From Ruminococcus albus 7 = DSM 20455 (lineage in GTDB: Bacteria; Bacillota; Clostridia; Oscillospirales; Ruminococcaceae): a stretch of DNA of 32,000 nucleotides. The notes under the pieces were generated by a model. That model had not been told where the DNA came from, did no database searches, and saw only the letters and a program-made list of their open reading frames with translations. Positions 22,066 to 30,624 of this stretch are shown here, in pieces; position 1 is the first letter of the stretch; each line of letters begins with the position of its first letter. Both the position numbers and the translations under genes were made by a program. The DNA lies in the NCBI RefSeq assembly GCF_000179635.2, contig NC_014833.1, positions 2,190,001 to 2,222,000 of the forward strand. The letters are read 5' to 3'.

Positions 22066-23565
22066 TTATTTCACAGTGACAGTCACAGCGTGCTTGATAG
22101 ATTCGCTGACAGTCCATTCTCCTTTGACCTTTGCTGCTATCGCTACCTTATAAGTCATGCCTGCAGTAAGGTTTTTGGGCGTGGTATAAGAATTTACCGA
22201 AGCAGCGATCGACTGTGTCTGAATCCTCCACTTGCCTGCAAGATATACAGCAACACCGTAATTTGAAGCACCATCAACAGTCTTCCAGGTAAATCTGATC
22301 TGATGATAGCGTTCGCTGTACCCGATATTAGTTATCACAGGATATACAGGTGATGTAATAAGATCAATATACTCAATTTCCTTGATCTCGCCGTCTGCCG
22401 AATTGAACTTAAACCCTATGTTGACCTTATCACCAACCTCATAGAATGCGAGATTTTCATTTTCGCTGTCATAATAACCATTAGCGCGGAAACGATAAGT
22501 GCCGTTGTTATCAAATGTTATTGTAGAATAACCATTGGGTTTTATATCAATTGCGCTTATCTTGTCAGCAAACTCAGCAGATACAGTTGAAGGTTGTGCG
22601 TTTTTCAGATCAAATCTTCCTGATTCATCTTTGATCTTGCTCCATGTATAGCGCATGAACCAGCCATCAAAATCTGTTATAATGCTTGAAGAACCTGCCA
22701 TCATAATTGAACCTTTGCCCGAAACAGGGAAACCTCCGGGGGGATACCCGTCCGCTTCACCCTCACCGCCGTAGAAATCGGTAAATCCGAAACCATGCCC
22801 TAATTCATGGATCTGAACGTGGGGTGTGGTCGTACCATCAGCAAGACCAAGGTAATATTTATCGCTGAGTCTTTGTCCCCAGTCACCGCCGCATCCTCCG
22901 ATATCCGGGAATCCTTGAGTTGCCCATATATACATATCAAACCGCTTGTCTAATCCACCGGGATACTGATAGTTCTTATCTGAAAAATGATCGAATCTCG
23001 AAAGTGAGGACGGCGCACTTGCCATTACTGTGGGTATGTTTTTGCTTTCACCGGGCTGTATCGTATAATTCTGAACATCGGTGTAAACGACCTCGTCCGA
23101 ATGAAGATCCAGAAGAAGCGATCTGTCCGCAACTGCCCATCCGACAATATTTACATCTACGTGCTGATACGGCCAGTTTTCATAGCCCACCAGCCAATCT
23201 GTCCATGCATTCAGGCAATCATCCAGTACAACTTCAAGTTTCTGACGCTGTTCGTATGTGATAGCTCTTTCAGAATGCCATCGCACCACATAGTTCAATG
23301 TACCCTTACCATCAATGATTTGATCAAAAAGGGAGTTCCAGCGGCGTGTCTGTGATCCAAGTGAATTCTCACGTACTACACGGTTTTGCCATATCCAGTC
23401 TGCTGCACTCTGATATTTGTCCGGCATATCATTTATGGAGCCGGCAGCGGCGCGTATATGCCCCGTTTGTCCGATCGAAGAAGGTACGTTTCCAACGATC
23501 ATTGATCCACACATCAGCAGTGTCATTGTTGATGCTGCGATGCGTCTTAATATTTTACTAGCCAT
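22066..23565 (-). CDS. secreted HExxH zinc-metallohydrolase-like protein of unknown family with C-terminal FN3-like module
   Basis: Signal peptide MASKILRRIAASTMTLLMCGSMIV. A single HELGH motif (22795-22809) is followed by GFGFTDFYGG. The conserved terminal module spans 22069-22344. I could not assign the family by eye. Confidence 0.55.
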   Translation of the reverse strand: MASKILRRIAASTMTLLMCGSMIVGNVPSSIGQTGHIRAAAGSINDMPDKYQSAADWIWQNRVVRENSLGSQTRRWNSLFDQIIDGKGTLNYVVRWHSERAITYEQRQKLEVVLDDCLNAWTDWLVGYENWPYQHVDVNIVGWAVADRSLLLDLHSDEVVYTDVQNYTIQPGESKNIPTVMASAPSSLSRFDHFSDKNYQYPGGLDKRFDMYIWATQGFPDIGGCGGDWGQRLSDKYYLGLADGTTTPHVQIHELGHGFGFTDFYGGEGEADGYPPGGFPVSGKGSIMMAGSSSIITDFDGWFMRYTWSKIKDESGRFDLKNAQPSTVSAEFADKISAIDIKPNGYSTITFDNNGTYRFRANGYYDSENENLAFYEVGDKVNIGFKFNSADGEIKEIEYIDLITSPVYPVITNIGYSERYHQIRFTWKTVDGASNYGVAVYLAGKWRIQTQSIAASVNSYTTPKNLTAGMTYKVAIAAKVKGEWTVSESIKHAVTVTVK

Positions 23566-24014
23566 TCATGTTCCGCCTTTCAAAGCATATTTACCTGTAC
23601 AAGACCTATCGATATTATCAATAAGAGACTTGATATATCCTCATGCATAATAATCAGTCATTATTTTCTCTGACTGTTATATTGCTGAAAATATACCATA
23701 ATATCTGCATTTTATCAATGATTATTTCGTATCAAAAGATTGCAATTTCAATCATAATATTATTGCTGAGTGATTTAGAAAACTATGTCATACATCACAT
23801 TTATACATCGTATAGATCGAGAGTTTCAAATTATAATCAGTCGATGATCACATATTGACAAAAATGCAAGGTTTTCGACCGAATCAACCATTTCAACCTT
23901 AATAAAACAGTGGTATCATGCTATTATAGGTCATTTTTTTATCGTGCAGTTATACTCAGTTCATCTCGAACAGTAGTGCTGACGGTAATGATTATTATGA
24001 TCGGAGGTAATATT

Positions 24015-26507
24015 ATGAAGAAAAAATACAAACGTATTGCAGCTTTTCTTTGCACTATGCTGACTGTGGCTTCAGTTACTTTAACAGAAATTCCCTCGGG
24101 AACTTTCACAGTTTCAGCTTCTTCATCGAAACTGGTTGCTTTTCCCGGTGCTGTTGGCGGAGGTAAATATGCAACAGGCGGACGAGGCGGTGAGGTCTAT
24201 CATGTCACGAATCTAAATGACAGCGGTACAGGTTCGCTGCGTGATGCTGTCAGCAAGTCAGGACGCATAGTTGTGTTTGATGTCAGCGGAACAATAAATC
24301 TCAACAGTAATATCGTATGCAGCAGCAACATCACTATTGCAGGACAGACTGCACCGGGCGGATCGGGTGTTACACTAAAGAATTACAAGTTTGGTATGGG
24401 CGGCGATAACATCATTGTACGTTATCTGAGTTCGCGTCCCGGACCCGATAAGGCAACGAGTTCAGGCAACGATGCATGGGGAGGCGCAAAGGGCTCGAAT
24501 TCCGTTGTTGACCACTGTTCTCTCGGTTGGACAACAGACGAACAATGGGGACTTTACTCCAATAACGATCACTATACTGTGCAGTACTCGGTCATAGGTC
24601 CTGCAAATTCCTGGGGAGGTCATGTTAAAGGAGTTCATGGTTTCGGACTTATGATGGGAAGAAGCAACCTTACTTTCGATCACAATCTGATCTGTCACAA
24701 TGTATCGCGAAACTTTCGCGGAAAAGTAGTAGGTACCGAAACTGCTGATTTTACAAACAATATCATCTACGACTGGGGATATCAGACAGCATACGGCACG
24801 ATAGGGCATGTAAATTATGTGAATAACACCCTCAAAGCCGGAAACTCAACAGCAAGTGGTTATCATTACGTGCAGGTATCATCAGATGATAAATTCAAGC
24901 TGTATCTTAACGGAAACCGAATACTCAATAAAGATGGTTCATACCGTAACAGAGAGGATAATAACTGGGCTGCCATATCTTACAATCACAGCGATAAAAA
25001 TCGAAGCAACACTGAATCGATAACACCGTTCACTATATTATCAGACAATGAGAATATTTCAACTGCACTGACCTGCGAAAGTGCTGCATCATCGTATGAC
25101 CACGTTATCAAATTTGCAGGAAACGGCATAACGCCTGACAAGCGTACAGCTATAGACAAACAGTGTGCTGAAGAAACCCAAAACGGCACAGGATCATGCA
25201 GCGGCACCGATCCATACAGTTCATCACAATCTGAACTCAATACCTATAAGATCCAGTGCGGAGTTAAATATGAATACCCTTCTGCTGTCTACAGCAAAGA
25301 GATAACCGATAATGACAACGATGGTATGGATGACAGCTGGGAACTGGCGAGAGGGCTTGATCCGACTGATCACGAAGACTATAAGGGCGACTATTGCGGT
25401 CAGGGCTACATGAATATTGAGTATTATATAAATGATCTTACTGTTGATTCATTTCCTGATGGTGTTGTTGAACTATCACCTTCTTCTAGTGATACAAAAT
25501 ACGGAGCTGTTATGGATACCACCGCTAAGTATGAGATCACAGATAATACCAACAGTTCACTTCTCGCAAACACAAAGACCTGGAGACTGGAAGACTGTGG
25601 AAACAGTTATTACAGGATCATTTCAGCTGATGACGGCAGAGAACTTTCAAGCGGAAAACAATATAAGTTCGTCAAACATGGCTCAGGATATATCATATAC
25701 ACAAAGTCATCTGATGATATACAGTGTGTAGACGGTAATGGTACAGTATGGAAATTAACTGTCAAAGCCGAACTTGTCAGCAGCGAACTATTCACGGAAT
25801 TTACTGTGCTTGATTCCGCTCACAGTTCCGGATGGAGTATAGCAAAAGATCTTTCAGCCGGTGCATTGGTTTTTGGTGACCGTGATGTAGTGTATACTTC
25901 GATACCAGATAGTCTTACAGGTGCTGAATACCTTATAACTGCCTGCGATTCCAAACTCTATGATTCTGACCTTGCAACGTTCAGGGCAGGAAAAGATATG
26001 ACAGTTTATATAGCGCTCGACAACAGAGTGTCGGCAAGACCGGTATGGCTTTCTAACTATACTAAAACAGGCATGACTATACAAAATAACAATTCTGTGA
26101 CCTTTGACATTTATCAGAGAGACATAAAAAGCGGAACGATCGTCACTCTCGGAACAAACGGACAGAGTTCAAGCTGTGTAAATTATACAGTATTTGCAAA
26201 AGCATCTGTGGTTCCTGAGGAACCAGAATATCCTGAGATAATCAACATTGAATACAGTGAACAGTATCACCAGATAAGATTTACCTGGAAACCTGTGAAT
26301 GGTGCCACAAACTACGCGATTGCAGTATATCTCGCGGGCAAATGGAGGATCCAGACACAGAACATACCTTCATCATCACTCAACTATACAACTCCAAAGA
26401 ACCTGACTCCGGGCAAGACATACAAGGTAGCAGTTGCTGCCAAGGTTAACGGAGAATGGACAGTCAACGAATCTGTAAAGCACGCCATAACAGTAACTGT
26501 AAGATAG
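24015..26507 (+). CDS. secreted PL1-family pectate lyase, multidomain, with C-terminal FN3-like module
   Basis: GGAGG RBS 7 nt before ATG 24015 and signal peptide MKKKYKRIAAFLCTMLTVASV. The PL1 N-terminal signature is AFPGAVGGGKYATGGRGGEVYHVTNLNDSGTGSLRDAV...IVVFDVSGTINL...ITIAGQTAPG. A Ca-binding Asp-rich motif DNDNDGMDDSWELARGLDP lies at about 25300-25380. Two beta-sandwich-like regions follow. The terminal module spans 26229-26504. Confidence 0.85.
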   Translation: MKKKYKRIAAFLCTMLTVASVTLTEIPSGTFTVSASSSKLVAFPGAVGGGKYATGGRGGEVYHVTNLNDSGTGSLRDAVSKSGRIVVFDVSGTINLNSNIVCSSNITIAGQTAPGGSGVTLKNYKFGMGGDNIIVRYLSSRPGPDKATSSGNDAWGGAKGSNSVVDHCSLGWTTDEQWGLYSNNDHYTVQYSVIGPANSWGGHVKGVHGFGLMMGRSNLTFDHNLICHNVSRNFRGKVVGTETADFTNNIIYDWGYQTAYGTIGHVNYVNNTLKAGNSTASGYHYVQVSSDDKFKLYLNGNRILNKDGSYRNREDNNWAAISYNHSDKNRSNTESITPFTILSDNENISTALTCESAASSYDHVIKFAGNGITPDKRTAIDKQCAEETQNGTGSCSGTDPYSSSQSELNTYKIQCGVKYEYPSAVYSKEITDNDNDGMDDSWELARGLDPTDHEDYKGDYCGQGYMNIEYYINDLTVDSFPDGVVELSPSSSDTKYGAVMDTTAKYEITDNTNSSLLANTKTWRLEDCGNSYYRIISADDGRELSSGKQYKFVKHGSGYIIYTKSSDDIQCVDGNGTVWKLTVKAELVSSELFTEFTVLDSAHSSGWSIAKDLSAGALVFGDRDVVYTSIPDSLTGAEYLITACDSKLYDSDLATFRAGKDMTVYIALDNRVSARPVWLSNYTKTGMTIQNNNSVTFDIYQRDIKSGTIVTLGTNGQSSSCVNYTVFAKASVVPEEPEYPEIINIEYSEQYHQIRFTWKPVNGATNYAIAVYLAGKWRIQTQNIPSSSLNYTTPKNLTPGKTYKVAVAAKVNGEWTVNESVKHAITVTVR

Positions 26508-26555
26508 TTTTTCAAATAAATACAATTCTTCTGCAATTACCAAAACATAAACAAT

Positions 26556-26594
26556 AAAAAGCCTGCATAACATATTATTGCTATGCAGGCTTTT
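26556..26594. terminator. bidirectional intrinsic terminator between convergent PL1 and U32 genes
   Basis: AAAAA-GCCTGCATA (26561-26569), a 12-nt loop, then TATGCAGGC (26582-26590)-TTTT. The A-run and T-run flanks allow termination in both directions. Confidence 0.75.
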
Positions 26595-26603
26595 AGTTTT
26601 GGT

Positions 26604-27821
26604 TCATTTTTTGATACGCACTATTGAATTCTTAGGGAAAATCAGATCAGATTTCATAGAGAACTTCATGGCTGCATGATTAGCAGTATCGATCGGCTCC
26701 CCTTTTTCATCAAACAGTTCAGATGCGATAAGAGTCACTGGTTCACCCTCAGGTGAAAGGATCTCAACCTCGTCACCTTTATTAAATTTATTTCGTTGTT
26801 CAGCGTATATCATTCCATTTTCACAGTGTTCGATAACAGCTACAACATCATATTCGCGGACGTATCCACTATTCTCATAGTACTGACTCTCACGAGGATT
26901 ACCGAAAATAAATCCGGGGCAATATGCACGATGGCTTACCTTGTATACCTCGTCTTTAAGCCACTGAGGAAGCTTATAATCATCAGGTGCAGACTTATAG
27001 ATATCCATTGCCTTACGGTAAGCATTAGTAATTACAGAAACGTAGTAGGAGGATTTAGCACGTCCTTCTATCTTGAAACTGTTGACACCAGCCTTAGCAA
27101 GTTTATCGATATGTTCTATAAGACACATATCCTTGGCATTAAGGATGAAGGTTCCTCGTTCATCTTCAAATATCGGATAAAACTCATCAGTTCGCTTCTC
27201 TTCCATAAGGTGATAGCCCCAGCGACATGGCTGAGCACACTCCCCTCTGTTGGCATCACGGGAAGTCAGGTACTGAGAAAGCAGACATCTTCCCGAAAAG
27301 CTGACACACATAGCACCATGAACAAAACATTCGATGTCAAGTTCATCAGGAGTCTTATCACGTATTTCTGATATTTCCTCTAGGGTAAGCTCTCTGGCAA
27401 GCACTACCCTTTTAGCGCCCATATTATAGAACTCATTAGCTGTAACATAATTAACGATACCTGCCTGAGTTGAGATATGTATCTCAGTATCAGGCGCATA
27501 TTTTTTCGCAAGTGAAAGCAGACCGATGTCGGTTACTATAAGTGCATCTACACCTGCATCAACTGCATTTTTAACAAAGCCCTCAAAATGTGGTATCTCG
27601 TTGTTATGAGGCAGAGTGTTACAAGTCAGGAACACTCGTTTTCCTCTGGAATGAGTTATTTCACAAGCCTGAGCAAGAAGCTCGGGAGTAAATTTAGCAG
27701 AAGCTGCCCTCATTCCAAAAGCAGTTCCACCAAGATAGACTGCATCTGCGCCAAAATCCAGCGCAGCATGAAGTCTTTCCATATCGCCCACGGGCGAAAG
27801 TATCTCAAGAAGATCGGACAT
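26604..27821 (-). CDS. peptidase U32 family protein (PrtC/YrrO/TrhP-like)
   Basis: ELLSPVGDMERLHAALDFGADAVYLGG, EIHISTQ and ECFVHGAMCVSFSGRCLLS...CAQPCRW (Cys cluster) are typical of U32. Its position next to mltG matches the Bacillus yrrL-yrrO arrangement. Confidence 0.85.
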   Translation of the reverse strand: MSDLLEILSPVGDMERLHAALDFGADAVYLGGTAFGMRAASAKFTPELLAQACEITHSRGKRVFLTCNTLPHNNEIPHFEGFVKNAVDAGVDALIVTDIGLLSLAKKYAPDTEIHISTQAGIVNYVTANEFYNMGAKRVVLARELTLEEISEIRDKTPDELDIECFVHGAMCVSFSGRCLLSQYLTSRDANRGECAQPCRWGYHLMEEKRTDEFYPIFEDERGTFILNAKDMCLIEHIDKLAKAGVNSFKIEGRAKSSYYVSVITNAYRKAMDIYKSAPDDYKLPQWLKDEVYKVSHRAYCPGFIFGNPRESQYYENSGYVREYDVVAVIEHCENGMIYAEQRNKFNKGDEVEILSPEGEPVTLIASELFDEKGEPIDTANHAAMKFSMKSDLIFPKNSIVRIKK

Positions 27822-27858
27822 TATCTATCCCTACCAATTCTTATCATTTTATTATAGC

Positions 27859-29460
27859 TTATTCATTATTATCTTCGACGTTATCATCAACGACCTGGTC
27901 ACTTCTGCCTGCTTTTACAAGATTCTTTTCATGCTCATCAAGTGTTTCAGCATAGAAAGTTTCGCCAGTTTCAAGATCATTACAGAAATAATAATAATTA
28001 GTTTCAGCAGGATCAAGTACAGCTTTGATAGCATCCATACCTGGATTACATATAGGTCCGGCAGGCAGACCATCAATAGCATAAGTATCATAATACTCGA
28101 TGTAATGATCTATCGTAGCTTCATTTGATTCCTGAGTCTTGATGACTTTTTCTATATAGTTGTAAGTAGTATCAGACTGAAGCATCGGGAACGTATCCGA
28201 ATCTTTCAGACGGTTAAGGAAAACAGATGCGACTTTTGGCATCTCTTGAACGTTGGCAGCCTCCTGCTGAACAATGGAAGCAAGAGTAATAGTCTGATTA
28301 AGACTGAGTCCACGATCATTCATCTTTTTATACAATGCATCATTGATCTTAGAATCATAGTGATCACGGAGTATCTTAGTGATATTATAAGGAGTATCAT
28401 CAACATAGAACTCATAAGTATCAGGGAAAAGATATCCTTCTCTGGGGAATAGTGTGTTCTTTGAATCTGTCAGATATCCCTCAAACTTATAGCCCATATC
28501 CTTGTTGAATTCAAACAGGAAATCACCCGCAGGACATACCTTATTTTCTTCGAGCTTTTTAGCAATATCTATAAGGTATTCACCTTCAGTAAAGGTGACA
28601 GTTACCGTTTTAAAACTCTCTCTCTGCTCTGCAAGTTTATCAATAATATCAGAATATGAATCCGAAGGCTTTAACTGAATATCTCCGGGATAAATGGTAT
28701 TAGCCTTCATTAACTTGACAGTATAAATAAACAGTTTTTTGTTTTTTATGATGCCGTTTTCTACAAGCAAGTCAGCAATATCATCATTGTCTGAGCCTTT
28801 AGGTATATTAAACGTGATCACATCATCACTTTTACCGATGCCATAAAACTCCATTCCAAGAGTTAATCCACTGACAGCAAGAAGAAGTGATAAAGTAAGG
28901 ATAATGGTTACAAGAATTATACCGCCAAAGATAGAGCCGTTGAATCTCACACGGGACTTTTTCTTCTTTTTATTGCCTGATCTCGAATTACCTTTTTTCT
29001 TATTAGTATCAGCGCGACGTTCTTTTGAAGGATGAGATCTGTTATTTGATGACTTTCTGACTGGAATTTCATCCTCGTCATCTTCATCATCTTCTTCATC
29101 AAATCCATCGTCTGGATCTTTTCCAAAATGTTTTTTCAGATCTTCATTTACGGAAGAGATAACAGGATCATCGGTAACATCATTATTGTCTTCTGCTGAT
29201 CCATCAGATACCTTCTCGGTCTCCTCCTTGGCATCAGACGATGCAGGCACTTCATTATTACTGCTTTCTGTTTTTTCTTCTTCAATAATAACAGAAGAAG
29301 TTCTTCTCCTTCTGTTATTATTTTTAAGTGAAGCTAAAAGCTCATCTATCTCGTCGATATCTGTATTCTTTTTAGTTTTTTTGTCATTGACGGAAATATC
29401 ATCGGTATTATTTTTGTTGTCGCCGAGTATATCGTCGATATCGAATTTTTTGTCACTCAT
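27859..29460 (-). CDS. mltG: endolytic murein transglycosylase MltG (YceG-like) with a long charged N-terminal cytoplasmic tail
   Basis: One TM helix (FGGIILVTIILTLSLLLAV). The YceG domain shows LASIVQQEAANVQEMPKVASVFLNRL, MLQSDTTYNY and YDTYAIDGLPAGPICNPG. The first ~175 residues are D/E/K/N-rich low complexity. Confidence 0.85.
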   Translation of the reverse strand: MSDKKFDIDDILGDNKNNTDDISVNDKKTKKNTDIDEIDELLASLKNNNRRRRTSSVIIEEEKTESSNNEVPASSDAKEETEKVSDGSAEDNNDVTDDPVISSVNEDLKKHFGKDPDDGFDEEDDEDDEDEIPVRKSSNNRSHPSKERRADTNKKKGNSRSGNKKKKKSRVRFNGSIFGGIILVTIILTLSLLLAVSGLTLGMEFYGIGKSDDVITFNIPKGSDNDDIADLLVENGIIKNKKLFIYTVKLMKANTIYPGDIQLKPSDSYSDIIDKLAEQRESFKTVTVTFTEGEYLIDIAKKLEENKVCPAGDFLFEFNKDMGYKFEGYLTDSKNTLFPREGYLFPDTYEFYVDDTPYNITKILRDHYDSKINDALYKKMNDRGLSLNQTITLASIVQQEAANVQEMPKVASVFLNRLKDSDTFPMLQSDTTYNYIEKVIKTQESNEATIDHYIEYYDTYAIDGLPAGPICNPGMDAIKAVLDPAETNYYYFCNDLETGETFYAETLDEHEKNLVKAGRSDQVVDDNVEDNNE

Positions 29461-29482
29461 TCATTTTGACTTCCTTTCATTA

Positions 29483-30076
29483 TTATTCCTTACCTTTAAG
29501 TTTGAACCAACCTTTTTCAGTAACAATATGATCAACGCTGATATCATACTTGTCCCTGGGAAGTTCACCGTCAGTCATGCAGCTCTCACAGCAAAGTCCT
29601 ACAGTAATACCACTGAAGTCTGTAAGAAACCTGTCATAAAAACCTTTGCCGAATCCCAGTCTGTAACCAAGCCTGTCAAAGCTTAGCCCGGGAACAAGGC
29701 ACACAGATTCCGTGAAACTGTCAATGCGTTCACAGCTGTTCTTAGGTTCCAGTATACCGAAATGACCACACTCAAGGTCATCGAAACTATCGATCCTGTA
29801 AAAATGCATGATATTGCCGTTTTCACATCTTGGACAAAGAATGCGTTTTTTTTCACCATTCATTATCCTACCGAGGATATGATCTATTATCTTCCTGGTA
29901 CCGATCTCGATATCACCTGAGACATATACAAGTATATCACTGCAATTATCCAGTATGCCGTTCTGAACAAAACAGTCAAATACTTTCTGATCTATCACAC
30001 TTTTTTCCTCCGTTGTGAATGAAGATCTGATATCCTTGAAGTACTTTCTCAGCTGTTGCTTGGTCAATTCTGACAT
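29483..30076 (-). CDS. 5-formyltetrahydrofolate cyclo-ligase
   Basis: The C-terminal signature VPGLSFDRLGYRLGFGKGFYDRFL and an N-terminal LRKxxxxxR motif, in 197 aa. Confidence 0.8.
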   Translation of the reverse strand: MSELTKQQLRKYFKDIRSSFTTEEKSVIDQKVFDCFVQNGILDNCSDILVYVSGDIEIGTRKIIDHILGRIMNGEKKRILCPRCENGNIMHFYRIDSFDDLECGHFGILEPKNSCERIDSFTESVCLVPGLSFDRLGYRLGFGKGFYDRFLTDFSGITVGLCCESCMTDGELPRDKYDISVDHIVTEKGWFKLKGKE

Positions 30077-30609
30077 TGGATACCCTTTCTGATATTTTCT
30101 GCTTTAGCAGCGGAAACAAGTTCAGATACAAGTGTAAGTGCAAAATCAACTGCAACACCCGCACCTTTTGCAGTTATGAACTTTCCATCGACCTCAACGC
30201 TCTTTTCAGAGATAACAGCTCCTTCAAGGTCTTTTTCAAATCCGGGAAAACAAATAGCTTTTTTACCTTTCAGCAGTCCCTTGTGACCGAGTATACTTGG
30301 AGCTGCACAAATAGATGCTATATATTTATCGTTCTTAACGCAATAATCTATGGCAGCCTGAACATAGTCATTGTTTTCAAGGTTGATCGTACCAGGCATA
30401 CCACCCGGTAGAACTATCATATCCACATTTTCATCAAGTACGACTTTGTCCACGGTGATATCTGCAGCAAATGTAACCTTATGCGCAGCAGTAATATACT
30501 CATCTTCTACTCCCACCGTTACAAGTTCAACTCCTGCACGCCTTAAAATATCTATGGGGGCTAGAGCCTCAATTTCTTCAAAGCCGTGTGCCAGAAATAC
30601 GTATACCAT
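30064..30609 (-). CDS. DJ-1/PfpI family protein (ThiJ/YajL-like)
   Basis: MVYVFLAHGFEEIEALAPIDILRRAG, LPGGMPG and a nucleophile elbow ASICAAPSILG. A GGAGG RBS lies 8 nt before ATG 30609, and the TTG at 30624 sits inside that RBS. The 3' end overlaps the next gene by 13 nt. Confidence 0.85.
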   Translation of the reverse strand: MVYVFLAHGFEEIEALAPIDILRRAGVELVTVGVEDEYITAAHKVTFAADITVDKVVLDENVDMIVLPGGMPGTINLENNDYVQAAIDYCVKNDKYIASICAAPSILGHKGLLKGKKAICFPGFEKDLEGAVISEKSVEVDGKFITAKGAGVAVDFALTLVSELVSAAKAENIRKGIQCQN

Positions 30610-30624
30610 AGGATTTTCCTCCAA

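Noticed and set aside
25300-25380. Asp-rich motif in the PL1 protein as a cellulosomal dockerin
   Set aside because: Only one Ca-binding loop is present, not the duplicated ~22-residue F-hand pair of type I dockerins. The motif fits a thrombospondin-type-3-like repeat better.
15890-26504. The three C-terminal module copies as a recent DNA duplication or recombination repeat
   Set aside because: Protein identity is high, but the nucleotide sequences differ at many synonymous sites and only short exact words are shared (for example TATCACCAGATAAG). This is an old domain family, not a recent repeat.
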